Below, piece after piece: positions 1-8,180 of a stretch of 26,005 bases of DNA (within the stretch, counting starts at the first letter, position 1; every line of letters starts with the position of its first letter). Source of the stretch: Candidatus Micrarchaeota archaeon (lineage in GTDB: Archaea; Micrarchaeota; Micrarchaeia; Anstonellales; Bilamarchaeaceae); assembly GCA_041694885.1 (NCBI GenBank), contig JBGFRX010000009.1, positions 1-26,005 of the forward strand, given 5' to 3'. Made by a program: the position numbers and the translations under genes. The notes below the pieces were generated by a model that was given only the letters and a program-made list of their open reading frames with translations, did not search any database and was not told the origin of the DNA.

Positions 1-64
1 CTTCTTAGGCGAACGTTTATATAGTTTTTTCCGGACTAAAGAAAATGGATTTTGAGGTGGTGGC

Positions 65-502
65 GTGGCATTGTTGGAACCGTTGGACGAATTTCAGGCT
101 ATGCGGAGAAGAATGATGTGGTTTTTCGAGCCATGGAAATTCGGCTGGCCCAAATTCGGAATCGAAAAGTGCATGAGGCCTGCAATCGTAGACGTGGAGG
201 AGAAGGGGAGCGAAATAATAGTGACTGCCGAGCTTCCGGGAATGGACAAAAAGGATGTGAAGGTGGACGTGACCGTGGACTCGATTTTGATAAAAGCCGG
301 GAAAAAGGAGGAGAAGGAAGAGAAGAAAAAGAACTATTATTACAAGGAGAGGCGCTATGGCGGCTTTTACAGGAGCATGTCCCTTCCTGCGAAAATCAAC
401 CCGAAAAGCGTGAAAGCAATGTATAAAGACGGCGTGCTCGAGATACGGATGAAAAAAACAGCCACTACCAGGAAGAAAAGGACCGAAGTACAGATCAAGT
501 AA
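65..502 (+). CDS. hsp20: Small heat shock protein (Hsp20/alpha-crystallin family)
   Basis: PAIVDVEE...VTAELPG, ERRYGGFYRSMSLP, AMYKDGVLEI and C-terminal V-x-I motif; GTG start after GAGGTGG RBS; TTTATATA at about 16-23. Confidence 0.95.
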   Translation: MALLEPLDEFQAMRRRMMWFFEPWKFGWPKFGIEKCMRPAIVDVEEKGSEIIVTAELPGMDKKDVKVDVTVDSILIKAGKKEEKEEKKKNYYYKERRYGGFYRSMSLPAKINPKSVKAMYKDGVLEIRMKKTATTRKKRTEVQIK

Positions 503-592
503 AGTCCGTTTTTTATCGAGAACAACTTATTTCGGGATAATACAACCGGGTTCGCTGAACACCTTTTTATTTTTTATCTGCATAATCAATGC

Positions 593-1135
593 ATGAAACT
601 GCCGGAACTGAAGGGTGCAGGGGAGCTCATACTTGCAGTAATCATAGCTATTGCATCATTCTTCCTGAGCCCCTGGCTTGCCGAGAATTTCGCGCCGTTG
701 GGCTATCTGGGGGTTTTCATTTTCTCGATTGTCTCTTCTGCGACGATATTCCTTCCCGTCCCATCCTGGATAATGGTGTTCTCGCTCTCAGGATCGCTTA
801 ATCCTCTCATTCTCGGCATCACAGCAGGAGTTGGCTCCGGCCTCGGCGAGCTTACAGGGTATTTCGCAGGCAGGGGTGGAACTGCGATCGTTGGAGCGGA
901 CAAGTTTTCCCTCCTGAACAGCCACAAGAAATGGATAGCAGAGGCAGAATTCCTCACACTATTCGTAGTTTCGTTCCTGCCCAACCCGTTTTTTGACATC
1001 GCGGGCATAGCAGCCGGAATCATGAAGGTGCAGTTCTGGCATTTCCTCATCGCAGTGGTGTTGGGGAAAACCGCGCGTTTCATCCTGTTTGCCTATTTCG
1101 GCTTCAGCATCCTGAACTCCTTCGGCTTCCAGTGA
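593..1135 (+). CDS. DedA/VTT (SNARE-associated) family membrane protein
   Basis: Multi-TM protein; LPVP, GSGLGELTGYFAGRGG, PNPFFDIAGIAAG and GKTARF motifs. Confidence 0.85.
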   Translation: MKLPELKGAGELILAVIIAIASFFLSPWLAENFAPLGYLGVFIFSIVSSATIFLPVPSWIMVFSLSGSLNPLILGITAGVGSGLGELTGYFAGRGGTAIVGADKFSLLNSHKKWIAEAEFLTLFVVSFLPNPFFDIAGIAAGIMKVQFWHFLIAVVLGKTARFILFAYFGFSILNSFGFQ

Positions 1136-1139
1136 TCAG

Positions 1140-1709
1140 ATGACAAAACTCGTAATCTTCGACTTGGACGAGACGCTCCTCCGTCTTCCTGTTGATTGGG
1201 AAACAGTGAAAAAGGAGATAATCGGATTCGGGAAAAAGGAGGGACTGCGGTTCGACGAACGTTTGCATATAATTCCCCTCTCTGCTGCGATTTCGAATAC
1301 CGAAAAAAGAAAGAAGATAGTGGATTCCATCTGGAGAAGGCACGAACTCGAGACGCTCGAGAAAAAAGGAATAGAGCGCTATCCAAAAGCAAAGGGGTTC
1401 GTGAAAAAACTCCGGGACAAAGGGATTAAGCTTTCCATTGCGTCAAATAATTGCCGTGGGACAATAGAAAAAGCCCTTGGGTTCGCTGGCCTGCGCAACT
1501 ATTTCGATCTGATTCTGGGAAGGGACGACATCCTGAATACAAAACCCGCGCCTGACATGCTCCTCAAGACAGCGTGGAAATTCAAGCTCGCGAAAAAGGA
1601 AATTCTGTTCATAGGTGACAGCGAAAACGACAGGAAGGCGGGGGAGGCAGCTAAAATAAGAACGGTAATAGTGAAGCCGGGCGCGGTTTTTCCAGAGATA
1701 AAACTGTAA
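1140..1709 (+). CDS. HAD-superfamily hydrolase (phosphoglycolate phosphatase-like)
   Basis: Motif I FDLDETL, motif II SNN, KPAP, motif IV IGDSEND. Confidence 0.9.
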   Translation: MTKLVIFDLDETLLRLPVDWETVKKEIIGFGKKEGLRFDERLHIIPLSAAISNTEKRKKIVDSIWRRHELETLEKKGIERYPKAKGFVKKLRDKGIKLSIASNNCRGTIEKALGFAGLRNYFDLILGRDDILNTKPAPDMLLKTAWKFKLAKKEILFIGDSENDRKAGEAAKIRTVIVKPGAVFPEIKL

Positions 1710-1786
1710 AAAGATAATGCCGTGTATGATATTCGAACCACTTCGAATCAGTTGTTTCAGCAAAATTCGTTACGTTCTCTGCCTGA

Positions 1787-2677
1787 TCATTGCACTATTG
1801 AAGTGATTGCAAAATAGTCCATTTTCTTTATCTCTTCAGTTATTTTCGCAGCGTTCTTCCCGCTTTTTGCAAGGACTACGCAGCTTCCTCCGCATCCGGC
1901 TCCGGTTATCTTTGCACCCAGAGCGCCCAATTCGCGCGCCTTCTGCACTATCTCCTCGTTTTCCCTGCTCGATACGCCGAGAGCGGAAAGAAGCCCATGA
2001 TTTATGTTCATGAGCTCTCCGAGCTCTTCCAATTTTCCGGCTTCCATTGCCTTTGCTGCGTTATTCACTATTCTCTTTTCCACATTGAACAAGTCCCCGT
2101 AAATTTCAGGATTCTTCTCCTTCCTTGCCTTAACTTCCGAGATTATTTGCCCTGTGATTGCTTTTTTCTTCCCAGTGCTCCCGATCACTACGTGAAGCGG
2201 CTTTCTTATTTTCAGCGGCTTGATGATGTTCCCATTCTCAAGTTTCTGGAAAAGCACTGCCCCTCCGAAAGCAGCGAGCGTGTTGTCTATTCCCGAAGGC
2301 GTGCCGTGGTAGACCTTTTCAGCCTCGTATGCGTATGCGGACACCTGTTCATCATTCAAATTCAATCCGTATTCGTCGGACAATGCGCGGACGAAAGCGA
2401 CGCTCACCGCTGCGCTCGAGCCCAGGCCGCTGCCCATCGGAACATCGCTCTTTATTTTCACTGCAAAACTGTCCTGTATTTTCATCACATTTTTTATCGC
2501 TTCGAATCCCTGAAGCAATTTGGCATCAGCATGGCTCGATTCTATCTTCATATGGCTGGATTTGGAAATTTCCACCTCGGTTCTGGCTGAAAGCGCAACT
2601 CCAATTGCAGCTAATCCGTAAACAACGAAATGCTCTCCCAAAAGTATCGCTTTCGCATATCCGAAGCCCTTGCCCAT
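1787..2677 (-). CDS. mvk: Mevalonate kinase (GHMP kinase)
   Basis: KAILLGEHFVVYG, PMGSGLGSSAA, HGTPSGIDN, GAKITGAGCGG. Confidence 0.92.
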   Translation of the reverse strand: MGKGFGYAKAILLGEHFVVYGLAAIGVALSARTEVEISKSSHMKIESSHADAKLLQGFEAIKNVMKIQDSFAVKIKSDVPMGSGLGSSAAVSVAFVRALSDEYGLNLNDEQVSAYAYEAEKVYHGTPSGIDNTLAAFGGAVLFQKLENGNIIKPLKIRKPLHVVIGSTGKKKAITGQIISEVKARKEKNPEIYGDLFNVEKRIVNNAAKAMEAGKLEELGELMNINHGLLSALGVSSRENEEIVQKARELGALGAKITGAGCGGSCVVLAKSGKNAAKITEEIKKMDYFAITSIVQ

Positions 2678-2681
2678 GAAA

Positions 2682-2834
2682 TCAGCCCACAGTGATTTTT
2701 CTCATGTCCTTCAATTCGGAGAGCTCTTCAGCCATCTCCTCGGTTTTTGCGAATTCCGGCACCGTGAATTTGTATTCCACCAGTCCGCGGTTGAAGTTCA
2801 TTTCCAACGCCTCCTCCTTTGAATCCGCATCCAT
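2682..2834 (-). CDS. Small hypothetical protein, 50 aa (MDADSKEEALEMNFNRGLVEYKFTVPEFAKTEEMAEELSELKDMRKITVG)
   Basis: Hand-translated, below the ORF-track cutoff; fills the gap between co-oriented genes with 4-nt spacers on each side. Confidence 0.6.
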   Translation of the reverse strand: MDADSKEEALEMNFNRGLVEYKFTVPEFAKTEEMAEELSELKDMRKITVG

Positions 2835-2838
2835 TTTA

Positions 2839-3633
2839 TCAGACCTTCGCGACCCTGCCGCGTGGCTTCGCGACTTTCAAATGAGGATATGCAGAAATAA
2901 GCACATCGACGTTCGCGTACGGAGCGAAGCCCAGGTTCTCGAAAATGCACTTGAGCAGGAATGCGTCCCGTATCCTGTCCCCGGTTAGCGAAGGCGTGAC
3001 CTGCCTGAGCGCTTCAGTGAGGTTCACGAACGATTTCCTTTTCCCTTTCGTAACAGCATCCGCTATCGCTTTCAGCCCTCCGTCCAGTCTGAGGAAATCA
3101 AACGATTTGTTCACAAGCGTGGTGTTTATGGAGGAGAGTATTGCTGCGACCTCATAGTCTTGCGTCCTTTTTTCCATGCTCATTTTTTTTATGGAAATCC
3201 ACTCCTTGTACCGCGCGATGAACGCGATCTGTCCTTCGAGCAGTTTCTGTTCCAAGGGTGCGAGGGACGACTGCAGTAGCCGCGAGTTGAGCTTTGCGAA
3301 AATCCTGTTTTTGGAAAGAAGAACGCACACGAATTTCGCTTCGGCAACGAGCACGAGTTCCGCTTTCCCAGCCATCCTGAGAAGAAAGTCCTTCCACTCG
3401 CCCGGTTTTCTGCTCTCGAGGAATTTCACCATGTCCGGAATTCCATTGCCTTCCGGGATTGCCTTTTCGATTGCATCGCAGTTCACTCCTGAATGGCAGA
3501 AAGCCCTGTCCTCTATCTGCTCATGTATGTGCGCGAGCGCAAAAGCAACATCCTGCTCTGTCGCCTTCGCAAGGTCGAAGCGCACGGAATATTCCCAGCC
3601 GGAATATGCGCCTGAAAAAATCATCTCATCCAT
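2839..3633 (-). CDS. DUF2666-like archaeal protein, apparently internally duplicated
   Basis: FIARYKEWISIKKMSM...EVAAILSSINTTL resembles DUF2666; ATG at 3633 lies 1 nt after the upstream stop. Confidence 0.65.
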   Translation of the reverse strand: MDEMIFSGAYSGWEYSVRFDLAKATEQDVAFALAHIHEQIEDRAFCHSGVNCDAIEKAIPEGNGIPDMVKFLESRKPGEWKDFLLRMAGKAELVLVAEAKFVCVLLSKNRIFAKLNSRLLQSSLAPLEQKLLEGQIAFIARYKEWISIKKMSMEKRTQDYEVAAILSSINTTLVNKSFDFLRLDGGLKAIADAVTKGKRKSFVNLTEALRQVTPSLTGDRIRDAFLLKCIFENLGFAPYANVDVLISAYPHLKVAKPRGRVAKV

Positions 3634-3634
3634 G

Positions 3635-5020
3635 CTAAACCTCGGATTTCTTCCCTTCACGGGAGAGTATTTCGCGCGCAGCTATAAGCCCGGTGACTCC
3701 TGCAGTGACTATCCCTCCGCTAACTCCTGCACCGTCGCCCACCGTGAACAGGTTCGCTATCTTCTTCGTTTCCATCTTCTTGGAAACATCGAGGCGCACT
3801 GACTTGAACTTCACCTCAGGTCCATAAAGCAGGGTCGTTTCCTCGTTCACTCCTGGAATGACTTTCGCGAGCATGTCAAGACCTTCCACAATGTCTTCCA
3901 GGATGCGCGCAGGAAGCGCCATACTCAGGTCGCCCGGAGTTACCTCCTTGTTAGTGGGCTCTACGTAGCTCTTGTTTATCCTTTCCCACGTGCTCCTCCT
4001 TCCCTTTTTCAGGTCTCCGAGGCGCTGCAGAATCGCCTTCCCTCCTCCTATCGTGGTCGAGAGCCGGCATACGCTTTCTCCGTAAAGCGTGGTGTTCTCC
4101 AGCGGCTCGGTGAGCCATATCCTGACCAAGAAAGCGAAATTCGTGTTTCCGGACTGTTTGTTTTTCATGCTGTGGCCGTTCACGGAGACGAATTTTCCGT
4201 AGTCCTCCGTTATCACGAATCCGGAAGGGTTAGTGCAGAAAGTCCTTGTGAAATCATCGTATTTCCTCGTGCGGATGTGGAATTTCGGATCCCAGTTTAT
4301 TTCAGTTACCTCCTCCATCACTTCGTCTGGCACTTCCACCCTCACCCCTATATCCAAAGGCCCATAATGGTAGGGCAGCTGGTATTTGGCCGCAAGGTCG
4401 AGGAGCCAGCGCGAGCCAGCCCTCCCTGGAGCAAGCACCACGTAGTTCGCCTCGATTTTTTCCTGCTTTCCCTCCACTTCCACAACAACGCCCTTCGCCT
4501 TCCCGCCTTCCACAATGAGTTCAACTGCCTTTGTCTTTATCATCAGTTTTACTCCTGCCTTTTTCATTTCCGCCACCATTCCGTTAACTATCTTGGGAAG
4601 GAAATCGGAGCCTATGTGCTTCTGCTTTATCGGAATATACTTTATCCCTGTGCGCATCGCCTTGCGCATCAGTTCATTTGCTTTGGGGTGTATTTCCGCC
4701 TTCTTCTCCATCCCGTGTTTCACGAACAGCGCATCAACGTAACCAATCAGGGCATCGGCATCGCTTTTCGAGACGAACTCGAGCATATTTCCTCCTATCT
4801 CTGGATTGAGGTTTATCTTGCCGTCTGAGAAGGTTCCGCTCCCGCCCACCCCGCTTATGTAATTCAGTCCGACTCCCACGCCGCCGTTCCTGAGCTTTTC
4901 CATCCGCTCTTCCACATCCTCTCCCATCTCCACAAGAGTAACTTCCATTCCGCCCTTCGCGAGAAGATGGGCTGCGAATATTCCTCCGGGCCCTGCGCCA
5001 ACAACAATTGCTCTGACCAT
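3635..5020 (-). CDS. FAD-dependent oxidoreductase (COG2509-like)
   Basis: IVVGAGPGG Rossmann motif, GVGGSGTFSDGK, HIGSD, RTFCTNPSG, VNGHS, GDGAGVSGG; start taken at MVRAIV after GAGGT. Confidence 0.88.
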   Translation of the reverse strand: MVRAIVVGAGPGGIFAAHLLAKGGMEVTLVEMGEDVEERMEKLRNGGVGVGLNYISGVGGSGTFSDGKINLNPEIGGNMLEFVSKSDADALIGYVDALFVKHGMEKKAEIHPKANELMRKAMRTGIKYIPIKQKHIGSDFLPKIVNGMVAEMKKAGVKLMIKTKAVELIVEGGKAKGVVVEVEGKQEKIEANYVVLAPGRAGSRWLLDLAAKYQLPYHYGPLDIGVRVEVPDEVMEEVTEINWDPKFHIRTRKYDDFTRTFCTNPSGFVITEDYGKFVSVNGHSMKNKQSGNTNFAFLVRIWLTEPLENTTLYGESVCRLSTTIGGGKAILQRLGDLKKGRRSTWERINKSYVEPTNKEVTPGDLSMALPARILEDIVEGLDMLAKVIPGVNEETTLLYGPEVKFKSVRLDVSKKMETKKIANLFTVGDGAGVSGGIVTAGVTGLIAAREILSREGKKSEV

Positions 5021-5215
5021 GCATTCAACCTCGAATTTTCCAAACAAAAGACGTATTCTTACTCAGGGGGGATTGTTTAAATACCTTATAGTTAGCGTTG
5101 TTGTATATCTCGAAATAAGCAAATTTACGGGAGCAAGTTAATCCGGAACAACACATAGCGTTGCAAAACGATTACATTTATATATATCTTTTGCCATATT
5201 CATTCCGGGAAGTCC

Positions 5216-6055
5216 ATGCTTTTTAATCAAAAAATTGGGAATAGGTGTTTTCATCATCAGCCGCAGACCAGTCACCAGCCGGAACAGCCCGGCACGAGGT
5301 TTTTTGCAAAGGCGCACAAGCAACTTTCGCTGAAACGCTTCTCAAGACCCAAAATAACGATAAAAAACGGACTGGTTGAATGCTCCATGGAGCTTATCCG
5401 GGGAAGCATGCCTCCTTATCCCGCCTTGCTTGCGCAGCATGTTGAGCGGCGCATTGCAGGGAAACTCGATTACCGCACCGAAAAAAAATTCATGCGATAC
5501 GACGCGGCGTACCATTCGTTTATGGCCCTTTTCAGGAATACGGAGAAGGAGTTTGGTTTTTTCGACAGCTATTTCGGCGAACTTATGAGGTGCGGGTTAG
5601 TGCGCGACCATCTTTCGATTGAAAAAGAGGTTGAGACGCACATACGGCTCAAAAAAGAGAGCGGAGGCACAGAAATTTTTCCATACATCCATTCATGGTT
5701 TTTGGAAAACGGGCGAATACGGAACGAGGGCGGCAAACGCCCTGTGGACTACGGAAATGCGCTGCTCGAGGTTATCCGCTTTGCCGGCAAACAGGGCTTG
5801 AAATTCAGCGACTTCTATGAAATATTCGAGGAGGGATTCAAAGGCATACGTTTTGCCAATGCCCTTGAATTCAAAAAATGCGCGCTAATCATGCTGCGCA
5901 CGCAGAAGGAAATAGGGCCTGACGAACTGGGGGATGTTTTCCTGAAAAAGGCGCTTCCGGAATTACAGGAAGCGGAAAAGTTAACTGCTGAAAAATTTGA
6001 AACGATTTTTTCATGGCACTTGGAAATGCATAAAAGGCATGCGGAGCAATCGTAG
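5216..6055 (+). CDS. Hypothetical protein (orphan, 279 aa)
   Basis: Long ORF filling the intergenic space, TTTATATA about 35 nt upstream; no recognised motif. Confidence 0.7.
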   Translation: MLFNQKIGNRCFHHQPQTSHQPEQPGTRFFAKAHKQLSLKRFSRPKITIKNGLVECSMELIRGSMPPYPALLAQHVERRIAGKLDYRTEKKFMRYDAAYHSFMALFRNTEKEFGFFDSYFGELMRCGLVRDHLSIEKEVETHIRLKKESGGTEIFPYIHSWFLENGRIRNEGGKRPVDYGNALLEVIRFAGKQGLKFSDFYEIFEEGFKGIRFANALEFKKCALIMLRTQKEIGPDELGDVFLKKALPELQEAEKLTAEKFETIFSWHLEMHKRHAEQS

Positions 6056-6174
6056 TTGAAATCCAAAATCAGCTGCTTCGAATTCAACACGAAGAATAAA
6101 ATCGGGTTTGTACGAATTACGGATAAAGTAGAACAAGTAGTTGGGAAAATAAAACAGAAAGAATGAAAAAGAAA

Positions 6175-7248
6175 TTACGCAAGTACTTCGAGGTCGCCTG
6201 CGAAGAAGTGGCTCGAGGAAGAGGTGTCCTCGGACTGGAACTGAGCGCCTCCTACTGATGCACCTTTCACTCCGGTCACGATCGCGACGATTTCGAGGCG
6301 CCCTTCGTAGTTCTGGATTATCCTTGCGCCCCATTTCACGTTCGCCTCCGCGTCCATCTTCTCTGTTATTATTTCGCCTGCCTTTATCGCGTCTCCGAGC
6401 GTGAGGTCGCTTCCTCCGGAGATGTGTATAAGAGCACCCTTCGCGCCTTCGAACTCCACGTCCAAAAGGCGGTTCTTTATCACGCCCTCCGCAGCTGCGC
6501 GCACCTTGTCGGTACTCTTGCCTTCGCCGACTGCGATGAAGCCCACTCCTCCACCCTGCATGATCGCACGCACGTCCGCGAAGTCAATGTTTATGAGCGA
6601 GGGTTGGGTTATCGTCCACACGAGGCCGCTTATTGCCCTTGCGAGAATCTCGTCCGCAACTGCGAACGCCTCCTGCATCGGAAGGTTCGGGACCAACTGT
6701 ACAAGGCGGTTGTTGTCCAGAATTATCACGGAGTCGCAGTGCTTCTTGAGTAGCGCGATGCTCTCATCCGCTTTCTTCTTTCTTGCCCTTTCAAGAGCGA
6801 ACGGATATGTTACCATCGCGACTACGATTGCGCCCTGTTCCTTCGCGATTTGCGCGGTTATCGGGGCAGCTCCGCCTCCTGTTCCTCCGCCCATGCCCGC
6901 ACAGATGAATACGAGGTGCGCGCCGTCAACCTCTTTTTCGATGAGCGAACGGTCTATTTCCGCTGCCTTCGCAGCTATGTCCGGATAGCCGCCTGCGCCC
7001 AAACCCTTTGTTATGGTCCTCCCAATAAGGACTTTCTTCGCCCTTTCATGGATTATGTTCAGGTGCTGCCTGTCCGTGTTGACTGCAACAAGCTCGCTTC
7101 CTTTCACACCGCTCTTTATGAGTCGGTTTATGGTGTTGTTTCCACCACCTCCAACCCCAACCGTAACAATCTTAATCTGGTCAGAGCTTTCCGCTTCCGC
7201 GCTTTCGCTCGCGCTCGTTCCCATTACCGATTTCACCAAATCTTCCAT
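6175..7248 (-). CDS. ftsZ: Cell division GTPase FtsZ (FtsZ2-type)
   Basis: [37 protein letters not shown] and [14 protein letters not shown] (FtsZ2-like). Confidence 0.97.
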   Translation of the reverse strand: MEDLVKSVMGTSASESAEAESSDQIKIVTVGVGGGGNNTINRLIKSGVKGSELVAVNTDRQHLNIIHERAKKVLIGRTITKGLGAGGYPDIAAKAAEIDRSLIEKEVDGAHLVFICAGMGGGTGGGAAPITAQIAKEQGAIVVAMVTYPFALERARKKKADESIALLKKHCDSVIILDNNRLVQLVPNLPMQEAFAVADEILARAISGLVWTITQPSLINIDFADVRAIMQGGGVGFIAVGEGKSTDKVRAAAEGVIKNRLLDVEFEGAKGALIHISGGSDLTLGDAIKAGEIITEKMDAEANVKWGARIIQNYEGRLEIVAIVTGVKGASVGGAQFQSEDTSSSSHFFAGDLEVLA

Positions 7249-7379
7249 TCAAATCACCTGGTTGCCTTGACGTAGAACTTAAAGGGCGCATTTAAATATG
7301 TTGAGTTTCACGACGTGGAGTTTTTCTGCATTTATTAGAACTTTTACAACAAAGGGGCTTCTCTCATAAGATAAATATT

Positions 7380-7404
7380 TAAATGTATTTATTAAATACA
7401 TTTA
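7380..7404. promoter_or_regulatory. Perfect 12-bp inverted repeat (TAAATGTATTTA-T-TAAATACATTTA), candidate operator overlapping a TATA-rich promoter
   Basis: Directly visible; lies between divergent ftsZ and vapB-like genes. Confidence 0.6.
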
Positions 7405-7519
7405 TTTAGCAAGGCGACAAGGATGTGGGACTCTCCCCAGAACCCACCCATACGCAAACGTTTACCTATGGAGCAGGGGATGAATCCCTTGGCTCGGGTA
7501 TAATGCCTTAGGTGATGGG

Positions 7520-7735
7520 ATGGTAAAGGTAATCACTATACGCGACGACGTTTACGCGAGCTTGTACAAGATAAAGCGCGCAAAGGGGATGAGCTTTTCC
7601 GAAGTGCTCGAATACCTCGTTACCTTGGAGCACCAGAGGAAAGGAAAGCGAACCGACATGATCGCGCTTGCAGGAAGCGTCTCAAGGGACGAAGTGGACA
7701 AACGCCTGTTGGACAAACTAAGAAGAGGGTTCTAA
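7520..7735 (+). CDS. vapB: Archaeal VapB-type antitoxin-like DNA-binding protein (DUF217-like)
   Basis: MVKVITIRDDVYASLYKIK...MSFSEVL pattern; stop overlaps the next start (TAATG). Confidence 0.85.
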   Translation: MVKVITIRDDVYASLYKIKRAKGMSFSEVLEYLVTLEHQRKGKRTDMIALAGSVSRDEVDKRLLDKLRRGF

Positions 7736-8109
7736 TGGCCGAAATCAAGATCTGCCTCTCTCCGGAAGTGGTTTTCGATTTCCTCACTGGAGACGATGCA
7801 ACCATACAGAAAATAAAATTGTACTCGAACGAGGATTTGTGCATAACCTCGCTCACTCTTTTCGAGATAAGGAGCGTGGTGGAAAAGCAGGAAGCAGTCT
7901 CAGAATTTCTGAGCTTCATTTCCATACTTGATTTCGATGCACAGGCAGCGGAAACAGCGGCGCGCATCATACGCGAGGACCTACACCATGGAATGAGCAG
8001 GAGCACCAAGAACACGATCAATGCCGCGATATGCATTGCGAACAGCGCGTTCCTGTTTACCAAGGAGAGGATGGGCTTTGATGGAGTAAGGGGACTAAAA
8101 CTAGTTTAA
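7735..8109 (+). CDS. vapC: PIN-domain (VapC-like) protein with degenerate active site
   Basis: PIN fold pattern (ITSLTLFEI, ILDFDAQAAETAARI, AAICIAN, FDGVRGLKLV); first and third acidic catalytic positions are S9 and N93. Confidence 0.8.
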   Translation: MAEIKICLSPEVVFDFLTGDDATIQKIKLYSNEDLCITSLTLFEIRSVVEKQEAVSEFLSFISILDFDAQAAETAARIIREDLHHGMSRSTKNTINAAICIANSAFLFTKERMGFDGVRGLKLV

Positions 8110-8180
8110 TAAAACGTTTCAGAAATTTTGTGCAACAGCGCCTCGCGTGCAACAGGACTGGTTGCTGCGATTGGGCATTT

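Noticed and set aside
52..426. 124-aa alternative-frame ORF over hsp20
   Set aside because: Same-strand frame shadow of a purine-rich gene; no independent evidence.
7411..7509. 5S rRNA, SRP RNA or tRNA identity for the structured segment
   Set aside because: No conserved motifs of those RNAs on either strand; kept only as an unknown candidate.
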